Below are positions 1 through 9,161 of a DNA stretch of 64,000 bases, one piece after another (position 1 is the first letter of the stretch; every line of letters starts with the position of its first letter). Source of the DNA: Bacteroidota bacterium. GTDB lineage: Bacteria > Bacteroidota > Bacteroidia > Bacteroidales > NBLH01. The stretch is from the NCBI GenBank assembly GCA_039714415.1, contig JBDLJL010000001.1:23172-87171 (forward strand), in the 5' to 3' direction. The position numbers and the translations under genes were made by a program. A model generated the notes under the pieces. It was not told where the DNA came from. It searched no databases and saw only the letters and a program-made list of their open reading frames with translations.

Positions 1-660
1 TATTTTAATACGTCGGCCATTTAATTCGATATATTTATCTGATTTAAACTCAGATAGAAGACGGATGACAGATTCGGTTGCAGTACCTACCAAATTGGCC
101 AACTCCTCCCTTGTAAGACTAACTTGCAAATATTTTTCATCGTCAAGTAAAAATGTATCTTTTAAAAGGATTAACACCTCTGCTAGTCTTTCTCTAACTG
201 TTTTTTGAGCAATGTCAATGATAAATTTATTCGCTTCACCCAATTCCTTTAATGAAAGTTTCATTATTTGCATGGAAAAGTCACTGTTTTCTTTAATCAA
301 ATTAAAAAATAAGTTGGCAGGAATAAAACATAGAACAGCATCTTCAATTACTTTTGCTGTTGTGCAAGCAAGTTCCTGGCTAAGAATTGAACGATAACCG
401 ATTATATCTCCCTTTTGGGCAAACCTGATAATTTGCTCTCTTCCATCTATTCCCGTTTTAAAGAGTTTTATAACACCCTGGCTTATACAGTATACACCAC
501 TTATCCGGTTTCTTTCCTGATAGATAATGTTCCCTCTTTTATAAAAGTTACACCCTTTCTCGAAGGTAAGAATGTTTAATTCATCCTTTGTAAGATTGCT
601 AAAAAGTGGATTAATATTAAAGCAATCGCCACAAGCTGGAATATTTTCTAGATTTCTCAT
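1..660 (-). CDS. Crp/Fnr-family transcriptional regulator (C-terminus runs off the left edge of the window)
   Basis: This ORF is absent from the track because it has no stop codon in the window. My reverse-strand translation from the ATG at 660-658 reads MRNLENIPACGDCFNINPLFSNLTKDELN...GDIIGYRSIL...TVRERLAEVLILL...LTREELANLVGTATESVIRLLSEFK. That is a cNMP-binding-type beta-roll followed by a Crp-type HTH. The frame stays open for 220 codons to position 1. Confidence 0.8.
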   Translation of the reverse strand, partial: MRNLENIPACGDCFNINPLFSNLTKDELNILTFEKGCNFYKRGNIIYQERNRISGVYCISQGVIKLFKTGIDGREQIIRFAQKGDIIGYRSILSQELACTTAKVIEDAVLCFIPANLFFNLIKENSDFSMQIMKLSLKELGEANKFIIDIAQKTVRERLAEVLILLKDTFLLDDEKYLQVSLTREELANLVGTATESVIRLLSEFKSDKYIELNGRRIKI

Positions 661-821
661 TTATAAACTTGCACTATTTTTTGTGTTATGGTTAAATCTG
701 ATCAAATATTCTATTGTAAATGCATCATTTATAAATGTTATTCTTCTATAACACTATATAAATTAGCACTTTCATAATAAAAAACCGTACTATCAATTTT
801 TTGCAATATACAATTTTAAAG

Positions 822-829
822 TATATTTG
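822..829 (+). promoter_or_regulatory. Bacteroidota sigma-A -7 box (TATATTTG) upstream of the OsmC-family gene
   Basis: Exact match to the TAnnTTTG -7 consensus. A TTTG lies at 800-803 (18-nt spacer), about 60 bp upstream of the ATG at 891. Confidence 0.5.
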
Positions 830-890
830 TAAAAATATTAAAAAATTAATTTATATAGTTATTTAGAATAGAGTATTAAAAATACAGAAT

Positions 891-1310
891 ATGAAAGATT
901 CAATTACAGCTAGTTGGAAAAAAAAAATGGCTTTTGAAGTTGAGGTTGCTGGTCATAAAATTATGATAGATGCAACCGATAACGTAGGTGGCGAAAATAG
1001 AGGCCCGCAACCTAAACCTATGATGCTAGTTGCTCTTGGTGGGTGCACGGCAATGGATGTAATCTCAATTTTAACCAAAATGCGTGTAGAATTAGATGAC
1101 TTCCAGGTAAAAGTAGAAGGTGATTTAACTGAAGAACATCCAAAACACTTCCATAAAATGAAGGTAATTTATGAATTCACAGGGAAAAATCTTCCTATGG
1201 AAAAATTAAAAAAAGCAATTAGCCTTTCCGAGGAAAGATATTGTGGTGTTAGTGAAAGCTATCGAAAGGCAATGGAGCTTAGCTCTGAAATTATCGTACA
1301 CGAATCATAG
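891..1310 (+). CDS. OsmC/Ohr-family peroxiredoxin-like protein
   Basis: 139 aa. GPQPKPMMLVALGGCTAMDVISIL and EERYCGVSESY carry the two conserved Cys contexts typical of the OsmC family. Confidence 0.85.
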   Translation: MKDSITASWKKKMAFEVEVAGHKIMIDATDNVGGENRGPQPKPMMLVALGGCTAMDVISILTKMRVELDDFQVKVEGDLTEEHPKHFHKMKVIYEFTGKNLPMEKLKKAISLSEERYCGVSESYRKAMELSSEIIVHES

Positions 1311-1340
1311 TTGGGATAAAAAACAGAAAATTAAGAAAGA

Positions 1341-1366
1341 GAAGCCCGGTTTTATGCCGGGGTTTT
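1341..1366 (+). terminator. Rho-independent terminator after the OsmC-family gene
   Basis: CCCGG (1344-1348) pairs with CCGGG (1356-1360), and a T-run follows at 1362-1366. Confidence 0.6.
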
Positions 1367-1651
1367 TCTATTTTCTGGACTGCAATATTTTTTAGTCATC
1401 ACATTTTCCGCAGAATCGAGATGTTTATATGATCTGGTTTTAAATTATAATCTGGTTTTTGTTGTGCTGATGCCGGTAGCTCAATTATAATATATAGTAG
1501 AAATACTTTTGTCAATCTGCACATTATTAGAGTACTAAAAGATTAAAAAATTGCAGTAATTGAACATGAAAATTTTTTAAACATATAATTAAAAACTTGA
1601 AAGCTTATTTTTCAATGTCAATAATGTGACAATTTGTTCTATTATTTCTTG

Positions 1652-1659
1652 TATATTTG
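1652..1659 (+). promoter_or_regulatory. -7 box TATATTTG upstream of the DUF2461 gene
   Basis: Exact TAnnTTTG match, 22 bp before the ATG at 1682. Confidence 0.45.
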
Positions 1660-1681
1660 AGTAAAATTAAAGAATAAGAAC

Positions 1682-2344
1682 ATGGAATTTGAAAGGCTTT
1701 TAAAGTTTTTAAAAAAATTAAAGGAAAATAATAACCGTGACTGGTTCAATGATCATAAAAAAGAATTTGTTGAACTGAAAGAACAATTTGAAATTCTTAT
1801 CAACCAGTTAATTCCAAAAATAAAACAACTTGACGGGTTTAATGGTTCTTTATCTGCAAAGGACTGTATTTTTAGAATATACAGAGATGTACGATTTTCA
1901 AAAAACAAACAGCCTTATAAAACCCATTTTGGGGCTTATTTAGCCGATGGCGGAAGAAAAAGCCCTTTTGCAGGTTATTATGTTCATATTGAACCCGAAG
2001 GATCATTTGCCGGTGGGGGAGTATATCATCCGGAATCTGCTGTCTTAAAGGAACTCCGTTATGAAATAATGGACAAAACAGATGAGTTTAAGGATATAAT
2101 TTCGACACCTGGTTTTAAAAAAGTTTATCCTGAAATATATGGTGAAAAACTTAAAAGTGCACCCAGAGGCTTTCCTAAGGATTTTAAAGATATTGAACTT
2201 TTAAAGCTTAAAAGTTATGCTTTGGTACATACAATTGATGATGATATGATTAAATCACCTGATTTTGTAGACTACCTACTGAATTTGTATAAAACAGCCA
2301 AACCATTTAATTCATTTTTTAACAAAGTAATATCTGAACTTTAA
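1682..2344 (+). CDS. DUF2461 (TIGR02453) family protein
   Basis: 220 aa. NNNRDWFNDHKKEF and FRIYRDVRFSKNKQPYKTHFGAY are hallmark motifs of this family as I recall them. Confidence 0.8.
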   Translation: MEFERLLKFLKKLKENNNRDWFNDHKKEFVELKEQFEILINQLIPKIKQLDGFNGSLSAKDCIFRIYRDVRFSKNKQPYKTHFGAYLADGGRKSPFAGYYVHIEPEGSFAGGGVYHPESAVLKELRYEIMDKTDEFKDIISTPGFKKVYPEIYGEKLKSAPRGFPKDFKDIELLKLKSYALVHTIDDDMIKSPDFVDYLLNLYKTAKPFNSFFNKVISEL

Positions 2345-2355
2345 ACATTTAGCAA

Positions 2356-3363
2356 ATGAATTACGAAAATTCCAGTGAAAAGGAAACAGAAAGTTTAGAA
2401 AATAACATCGATAGTTCTTTTTTAAATGATGTGTTAGAAGGCCTTTCGTCCAGTCAAAAATTTCTTTCTTCAAAATATTTTTATGATGATGCTGGAAGCA
2501 GGCTTTTTGAGAAAATAATGCAACATCAAGATTACTACCTTACTAATTGTGAACATGAAATATTTAATCAGCAAAAAAAGGCAATTAAGGAAGCGTTTTA
2601 TCAAAGCCCGGAAGGATTTAATCTGATTGATCTGGGCTCAGGTGATGGATTTAAAACAAAAATTCTACTTGAGCATTTTTATAAAAATGAAGTTCCTTTT
2701 CGATATATTCCGGTTGATATTTCTGAAAAGCCTACTATTAAGCTGGTAAATGAGCTTAAAAATCGTTTTCCAAATTTGATGGTAGAAGAACAAATTGGTG
2801 ATTATTTTCAAATATTGAGTTCTTTAAACCTGAATACCTATAAGAAAAAAATTGTACTATTCTTGGGATCCAATATTGGAAATTATGGTTATGAAGGGAG
2901 TCTTGATTTTTTAAAATCGGTAAGAAAGGTCCTAATACCTGGTGATAAATTATTTATAGGATTTGATTTGAAAAAAGACCCCAAAGTGATTCTTAAAGCG
3001 TATAATGATAAAGCAGGTTATACTGAAGAATTTAATCTTAACTTGTTGGGTAGAATAAACAGGGAGCTTCATGCTAATTTTGATATCGGATCTTTTATTC
3101 ACTACCCGGTTTACGATCCCAAAAGTGGTGCAGCAAAAAGTTATTTGGTGAGTGTAAAAAAGCAGGTAGTAAGTTTTGGAGAACGGGATTTAAGTTTTGA
3201 GTTTGATAAATGGGAACCTGTTTTCATGGAAATTTCCCAAAAATATGATTTAGAAATGATTCAGGAAATGGCCAATATGAGCGGTTTTAAAGTACAAAAA
3301 AACTTTTTTGACAATCGCCATTTCTTTGTTAATTCTTTGTGGGAAGCAGTAAACCCTCATTGA
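2356..3363 (+). CDS. egtD: L-histidine N-alpha-methyltransferase (EgtD-like, hercynine-forming)
   Basis: 335 aa. It has KYFYDDAGSRLFEKI...DYYLTNCE, the DLGSGDGFKT SAM motif, FLGSNIGNY, AYNDKAGYTEEFNLNLLGRINREL and EISQKY, colinear with EgtD family proteins. Confidence 0.8.
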   Translation: MNYENSSEKETESLENNIDSSFLNDVLEGLSSSQKFLSSKYFYDDAGSRLFEKIMQHQDYYLTNCEHEIFNQQKKAIKEAFYQSPEGFNLIDLGSGDGFKTKILLEHFYKNEVPFRYIPVDISEKPTIKLVNELKNRFPNLMVEEQIGDYFQILSSLNLNTYKKKIVLFLGSNIGNYGYEGSLDFLKSVRKVLIPGDKLFIGFDLKKDPKVILKAYNDKAGYTEEFNLNLLGRINRELHANFDIGSFIHYPVYDPKSGAAKSYLVSVKKQVVSFGERDLSFEFDKWEPVFMEISQKYDLEMIQEMANMSGFKVQKNFFDNRHFFVNSLWEAVNPH

Positions 3364-3441
3364 GGGATTTTATATAAGATTCAAATAATTGATTTTAATA
3401 TATTGGACTGATTTCTAGTTCTGTAAAATCACTTTTTTTAG

Positions 3442-6400
3442 ATGAAAAATATTACAAAAAAGGCAATCTGTGGTATTTGTCCGGCAGGTTGCTGGGTTAA
3501 GGTAACTTATGGTGACGATGGAAAAATGGTTAAAGTTGAAGAAGACGATACTTCACCATTGGGTGCAATTTGCAAATTTGGAAAACATGCACCCGAAATT
3601 GTTTATTCAGAAAATAGGCTCCGCTATCCCATGAAACGTGTTGGCCCAAAAGGGGATTATAAATTTGAAAGAATTAGCTGGGATGAAGCCTATGATATAA
3701 TTGTAAAGAAACATTTTGAAATTAAAGAAAACTATGGTGCTGAAGCAACAGCAATATACACTGGCCGTGGTAGCTTTGAATTGGCTTTATGCGATTTGTT
3801 CCAGCCAAAAGATGTGGCTATTTCATCAGCTTCAAGTGTATTATTTCCGTTTGGCTCGCCAAACACCTTAGGTGTTGGTGCTTTATGTTATGTTTCTTTT
3901 GCAATGATAGCCCCTCATGTCACCATGGGTGGGATGTATCATTATATGTTTCCTGATACCGATAATGCTGAAATGGTAATTATCTGGGGTGCTAATCCAG
4001 CAACAGATACACCACCAAATAGTTATAAAAAAGTATTGGAGGCTCACGGTCGCGGTGCTAAAATTGTAGTAATTGACCCTAGAAAAACAGCAGTGGCAAA
4101 GCTTGATGGTGTTGATTGGTTACCACTTAGGCCGGGAACTGATGGTGCCCTGGCATTAGGTTTATGCAATATTTTAATCAGGCAGGATCTTTATAACAAA
4201 AGTTTTGTTGAAGAATGGACAGTTGGCTTTGAAAATTTTTCACGATATGCACAACAATTTAGACCTGAAGTTGTAGAACAAATCACAGGAGTACCAGCTG
4301 AGAAAGTAGAAGAGCTAGCTATTGCTATTTCTGAATTAAACGGGGTTGCACCATTGATGTACACCGGGTTGGAATATACAAATAGTGGTGTTCAAAATAT
4401 CCGGGCAACATTTATTTTATGGGCACTTGCCGGACAGTTAGATGTTCCGGGCGGTTATTGTTTTGCCATGCAGGAAAACCAATTTCAGGTTAATAGGGAT
4501 GGTTTGATCCCTAATCCTGATGAGACAAAAGCACTGGGAAGGGACAGGTTTCCTGTTTACAGTCAGTATCGTGGCGAATCACATGCTATATCATTACCGG
4601 AATCTGTTTTGGAAGGGAAACCCTATAAAATAAGATCATTAATTATTCATGGTGCATCCATTATTACTGCCTGGCCTCAGCCTGAAATTTGGAAAAAGAC
4701 TTTAAACGAATTGGATTTTGTAGTAACTATTGATCGGCAGCTTACAGCAGATGCCGCATATGCAGACATTGTACTTCCGGCAACTACTATGTTTGAGATT
4801 CAATCCTATATGAAATATGGTCCTCTTTTCAGGATTCGTGAAAAAGTTATTGACCCTGTTGGTGAAGCTCGTAATGATTTCCTTATCATGGCTGAGTTAG
4901 CAAAGCGGTTGGGTTATGGACACCTGTATCCGCAAACAGAAGATGCGGTAATTGAGCAGGCTCTTAAGGGTTCTGGTTTTAGTTTTGATGATTTAAAAGA
5001 AAATAATGGAATCATTAAGCAGAAAACTGCCCCCATGGAATATAAGAAATGGGAAAAAGGAAAACTGCGAGCTGATAAACAACTCGGATTTGATACCCCA
5101 AGTGGAAAGTTTGAGATTGAATCATTAATACTTGAAGAACATGGATACGATGCGTTACCTGTTTATACAGACCCGGTAGAAGGTCCTGTATCTCAATTGA
5201 GTTTGACAAAAAAATACCCTCTTGTTTTTAATTCCGGTGCGCGGGTAAGTACTGATTTTCGTTCACAACATCACGGGATACAATCTTTATATAAACAAAG
5301 GCCGGAACCTACAGTAACCATAAATACAAAGGATGCAAAAGAAAGGGATATCACAAATGGTGAGCTTGTTTATGTTATTACCAAGCGTGGCAAAGTAAAA
5401 TTGAGAGCGTTGGTTACGGAGGATATTGTCCAGGGAGCTATTGATGCAAATATGGGAGGAGGTACACCTGTTGGACCTAAATCCTGGCAGGATTGTAATA
5501 TTAATGAGTTAACAGATTTAAATAACTTCGACCCTATTTCCGGATTCCCTGTTTATAAAGCATTATTATGCGATGTGCAAAAAGTATCTGGTTTATCTAA
5601 TAAATTATTTATTGATGCCGGCGAAATAGATGCCGATGAACTAAAAATTAATATCCAGGAACAGCCCGTTAAAAGAATATATCTTGATAATAATGCAACT
5701 ACTCCTATGAGTGACGAAGTAAAGCAAGTGATTATTAACAATATAGACAAGTTTGGTAACCCATCAAGTATTTATAAAGAAGGAAAGGAAGCTAAAAAAG
5801 AATTGGAGGCTGCTAGGCGCAAAATAGCACAATTATTAAATACTACATCCCGCAGAATTACCTTTACCAGTGGTGGATCGGAAGCAAATAATTATGCAAT
5901 TAAAGGAGTTGCATTTCAGAATTTTGGTGGGAAAAACCATATTATTACCTCAAAGATTGAACACTCTTCAGTAATAAATACATGTAAATGGCTTGAAGGA
6001 ATTGGATTTCAGGTTACTTATTTAGATGTTGATGCTGATGGTCTGGTAAGGAAAGAAACCCTTAAAAAAGCAATTACTCCCGAAACCTGTCTGGTGAGTA
6101 TTATGTTGGCCAATAATGAAACCGGAAGCATCCAGCCAATAATTGATTTGGTCGAAATTGCCCATCAGCATAATATTATTTTTCATACTGACGCTGTTCA
6201 GGCTATTGGGAAAATACCTGTTAACATACAAGAACTGGGTATTGATATATTAAGCATGTCTGGGCATAAACTTTATGCGCCAAAAGGTGTGGGTGCGTTA
6301 TTTATTAGATCTGGACTCGAGTTAGAACCATTAATTAGTGGGGGGAAACAAGAGTTCTCGCAACGTGGTGGAACTGAAAACTTATTGAATATTATGGCTT

Positions 6401-6825
6401 TAGGTAAAGCTGCAGAGATGGCCATTCGGGATAAAGACCAATTAAATGAGTTAGAAAATAATCGTGATTTTTTGGAAACCGAAATTATAAAACTAATACC
6501 AAAAATAATGGTTAACTCAGGCAAAGTAGAAAGGCTTCCCAATACTTTAAGTATTACTTTTCCTGATATCAGGGCTGAGTCATTACTGTTGGAAATGGAT
6601 AAACAGGGTGTTAGTTTTTCATCGGGTTCTGCTTGTAGGTCTGGCTCTCCAAAGCCTTCATACGTTCTTCTTTCCATGGGAAAATCCGAGGATGAGGCTC
6701 ATAGGTCAGCGCGTTTTTCATTAGGTTTTGGAAATACAAGGGAAGATTTAATTATCACGATAAATCTACTTAAAAAAACCCTTGAAAACGCAACAGAGAA
6801 TATCCGTTTTATGGCTTGCAGATAA
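3442..6825 (+). CDS. Fusion of a molybdo/tungstopterin oxidoreductase and a cysteine desulfurase (metallopterin-dependent ergothioneine synthase-like)
   Basis: 1127 aa. The N-terminus carries the CGICPAGC Fe-S motif and a bis-PGD oxidoreductase body (about aa 1-735). The C-terminal module (about aa 745-1127) is NifS/IscS-like: RIYLDNNATTP, the PLP Lys in SGHKLYAPKG (codon 6268-6270) and the catalytic Cys in SSGSACRSG (codon 6634-6636). Confidence 0.75.
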   Translation: MKNITKKAICGICPAGCWVKVTYGDDGKMVKVEEDDTSPLGAICKFGKHAPEIVYSENRLRYPMKRVGPKGDYKFERISWDEAYDIIVKKHFEIKENYGAEATAIYTGRGSFELALCDLFQPKDVAISSASSVLFPFGSPNTLGVGALCYVSFAMIAPHVTMGGMYHYMFPDTDNAEMVIIWGANPATDTPPNSYKKVLEAHGRGAKIVVIDPRKTAVAKLDGVDWLPLRPGTDGALALGLCNILIRQDLYNKSFVEEWTVGFENFSRYAQQFRPEVVEQITGVPAEKVEELAIAISELNGVAPLMYTGLEYTNSGVQNIRATFILWALAGQLDVPGGYCFAMQENQFQVNRDGLIPNPDETKALGRDRFPVYSQYRGESHAISLPESVLEGKPYKIRSLIIHGASIITAWPQPEIWKKTLNELDFVVTIDRQLTADAAYADIVLPATTMFEIQSYMKYGPLFRIREKVIDPVGEARNDFLIMAELAKRLGYGHLYPQTEDAVIEQALKGSGFSFDDLKENNGIIKQKTAPMEYKKWEKGKLRADKQLGFDTPSGKFEIESLILEEHGYDALPVYTDPVEGPVSQLSLTKKYPLVFNSGARVSTDFRSQHHGIQSLYKQRPEPTVTINTKDAKERDITNGELVYVITKRGKVKLRALVTEDIVQGAIDANMGGGTPVGPKSWQDCNINELTDLNNFDPISGFPVYKALLCDVQKVSGLSNKLFIDAGEIDADELKINIQEQPVKRIYLDNNATTPMSDEVKQVIINNIDKFGNPSSIYKEGKEAKKELEAARRKIAQLLNTTSRRITFTSGGSEANNYAIKGVAFQNFGGKNHIITSKIEHSSVINTCKWLEGIGFQVTYLDVDADGLVRKETLKKAITPETCLVSIMLANNETGSIQPIIDLVEIAHQHNIIFHTDAVQAIGKIPVNIQELGIDILSMSGHKLYAPKGVGALFIRSGLELEPLISGGKQEFSQRGGTENLLNIMALGKAAEMAIRDKDQLNELENNRDFLETEIIKLIPKIMVNSGKVERLPNTLSITFPDIRAESLLLEMDKQGVSFSSGSACRSGSPKPSYVLLSMGKSEDEAHRSARFSLGFGNTREDLIITINLLKKTLENATENIRFMACR

Positions 6826-7032
6826 ATGTGGGCATAGAATTTGAACTCAGTAATTATGAATTTTTTGAAATTAAATCGCAAGTAATCATTAATAATTGAA
6901 AACATGGTTAAATTGTCATATTGCTAAATTGTTTTCGTCAAAAATTTAACAAATTAGAAATATTTCAGAGAAGCTACTGCAGGTGTGCCTTTGTTTAGGC
7001 ATTGTAGATTTTGTAAATTCAGGCTTTGGTAT

Positions 7033-7461
7033 TTAATTATGAATATGAAGAGAGCCCATATTGGGATTATAATCAACAGCATATTGCATTAAGGATAGCC
7101 CTGCAGGGCCGTTTGTTACCATACCATCTAATACTAATGAAAATTGTGAACCGCATACAGTATCTTTTGCAGAAATCCCACTTGATTCAATAACCACTTT
7201 CCCCCATTCATGCTCTGGATCATAAGTGCATGTAGCATCATATGCAGAAAATTTTTCAAAACTGGATCTTGTCACAATAATTCCTTTATTTCCTTCGTAT
7301 GGTATATATACTGAACCACCAACTGTGTTTAATGGCAAGTAAGATGGATTTATATAAATAGTGAAATTGACATAAACTTTTGGTACAGGGTTATTATTTT
7401 CACATGTTGAAAAAAGTCCAATTAAAAACAACGATAGAAAAATTAGTATTATCTTTGACAT
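7033..7461 (-). CDS. Hypothetical lipoprotein
   Basis: 142 aa. It has a signal peptide ending in FSTC (lipobox-like). I recognised no family. Confidence 0.5.
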   Translation of the reverse strand: MSKIILIFLSLFLIGLFSTCENNNPVPKVYVNFTIYINPSYLPLNTVGGSVYIPYEGNKGIIVTRSSFEKFSAYDATCTYDPEHEWGKVVIESSGISAKDTVCGSQFSLVLDGMVTNGPAGLSLMQYAVDYNPNMGSLHIHN

Positions 7462-7480
7462 AGGTATTACAATTGTATTT

Positions 7481-7948
7481 ATGAGCGCAAATTTAGTATT
7501 TTTAAATATATTTATTCTTATTTGTTGTAATATTAGTTCTACTGGTTTTGCACAGAAGGAAAAACCCCTGTCTGAGAGTAACGATCCGATTAGAGAAAGT
7601 ATTGCCCGAAAAGAACATAAACTTGATGGGATGAACCTAACAGAAAAAGAATTTAACTATTTACAAAGGATTAATGAAAAATATAGGCTTACCGGTAAGG
7701 AACAAAAATTGAGAAGAAGTTACAGGGACACACTTAATATAAAAGGAAGATTTGGATTGGCTCGTTCATATAGGAAGGAGTATGTTATGACAAAAAAAGT
7801 TGAAAAGTTTCGCAAGAAAAAGTTTGAGAGTATTCAAAATAAAGAAACCATAATAAGGATGCATGAAAAAGAAAAAAGGGCTAAAAAAAGGTATCGAAGA
7901 GAAAAAAGGAAGGCTCGTAAAAGGAAATTCTTAAATTTATTTAAATGA
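7481..7948 (+). CDS. Hypothetical secreted, highly basic K/R/E-rich protein
   Basis: 155 aa with an N-terminal signal-like segment and a KKRYRREKRKARKRK tail. I recognised no homolog. Confidence 0.4.
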   Translation: MSANLVFLNIFILICCNISSTGFAQKEKPLSESNDPIRESIARKEHKLDGMNLTEKEFNYLQRINEKYRLTGKEQKLRRSYRDTLNIKGRFGLARSYRKEYVMTKKVEKFRKKKFESIQNKETIIRMHEKEKRAKKRYRREKRKARKRKFLNLFK

Positions 7949-8009
7949 TTGGTTGACTTTTATTAAAGAATAGTTAACTTTGTAAAGTACTTTATCAAAA
8001 TACCGGCAT

Positions 8010-8423
8010 ATGGATCTGGATACTATTATTTATATTATAGCAACAATTGTAATTTTCATTGTTAGTTTATTAGGGCAAAAGAAAAAGAAAAAAGATATAC
8101 CTGTTCAATCAGAGACTGATGATGTTATATATTCTCTTAATGATTTTGAAAAAATTCTTCAAAGGAAAGAAGAATTTAGCCAAACGCATGAAATTGAAAC
8201 TGAAAATAAACCAATTGAAGAATCTGCTGTAGCTAATGAAATTAAAGAAAATAATTATGTTGAGGTAGTAGAACAAAGTAGTAAAGAAAAGAGAGCGGAA
8301 AAAAGAAAGGCAAAGGCTGAGAAGGAAAAAATTAGGGAGAAAGATGAAAAAGAAGATGGATTTGATCTGAATTCTGCTATTATATACTCTTCAATTCTAG
8401 AGAGGAAAAAATTTCGGCATTAA
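8010..8423 (+). CDS. Hypothetical single-pass membrane protein with a charged K/E-rich tail
   Basis: 137 aa. It has an N-terminal TM helix (IIYIIATIVIFIVSLLG) followed by a low-complexity charged region. Confidence 0.4.
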   Translation: MDLDTIIYIIATIVIFIVSLLGQKKKKKDIPVQSETDDVIYSLNDFEKILQRKEEFSQTHEIETENKPIEESAVANEIKENNYVEVVEQSSKEKRAEKRKAKAEKEKIREKDEKEDGFDLNSAIIYSSILERKKFRH

Positions 8424-8575
8424 CAATTTTATGAAATTTCGGTAAATTTAATCTTCTTGAAAATAAAATCAAACAGAATTCCGAGGTCAGAATTTATTTA
8501 TGGGCCAAATTTGCTAATAAAATTTGTATCAAAAAGGCTATTAATCAGTAGTTTGAAAAATTCAAAATAATTATG

Positions 8576-8583
8576 TATCTTTG
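8576..8583 (+). promoter_or_regulatory. -7 box TATCTTTG (greA promoter)
   Basis: Exact TAnnTTTG match. A TTTG lies at 8552-8555 with a 20-nt spacer. Confidence 0.55.
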
Positions 8584-8647
8584 CACCCTAAAGAGTCCTA
8601 TCAACGGGATTCTTTTTTATTTTATATAACTAATTGAATATCAGGGC

Positions 8648-9121
8648 ATGACAAAAGTTTCGTACTTGACAGAAGAAGGATTTAAAAAACTAAATGATGA
8701 GGTTGATCACCTGGTAAGGGTTGAACGACCTAAAATCTCAAATCAAATTGCAGAAGCAAGAGATAAAGGAGATTTATCTGAAAATGCTGAATATGATGCA
8801 GCTAAAGAGGCACAGGGTTTACTTGAAATGAAAATTGCTAAATTGCAGGAAACATTAAGAAACTCAAGAATCATAGATGAGTCTCAGCTGGATGCTTCAA
8901 CTGTTCAAATATTAACAAAAGTAAAATTGAGAAATATTAAAACGAAGGCGGTAATGGAGTATACTTTGGTTGCTGAAAGTGAAGCCGACCTAAAAGCAGG
9001 AAAAATTTCCATTGAAACGCCTATTGCTAAGGGTTTGTTAGGGAAAAAACCGGGCGATAAAGCAAAAATAAAGGTTCCAAACGGAATATTGGAACTCGAA
9101 ATTTTAAATATTTCATTATGA
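8648..9121 (+). CDS. greA: Transcription elongation factor GreA
   Basis: 157 aa. It has the typical GreA coiled-coil N-terminus (ARDKGDLSENAEYDAAKEAQ) and a C-terminal FKBP-like domain. Confidence 0.95.
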   Translation: MTKVSYLTEEGFKKLNDEVDHLVRVERPKISNQIAEARDKGDLSENAEYDAAKEAQGLLEMKIAKLQETLRNSRIIDESQLDASTVQILTKVKLRNIKTKAVMEYTLVAESEADLKAGKISIETPIAKGLLGKKPGDKAKIKVPNGILELEILNISL

Positions 9122-9149
9122 AAAAAAGCTGCGAATGCAGCTTTTTTTA
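9121..9149. terminator. Bidirectional terminator between convergent greA and the phosphodiesterase gene
   Basis: AAAGCTGC (9125-9132), loop GAAT, GCAGCTTT (9137-9144). The hairpin is flanked by an A-run and a T-run. Confidence 0.8.
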
Positions 9150-9161
9150 TTGAAACCAATA

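Noticed and set aside
212-397. 61-aa plus-strand ORF near the left edge
   Set aside because: It lies antisense within the Crp/Fnr-family gene, which I translated from the minus strand.
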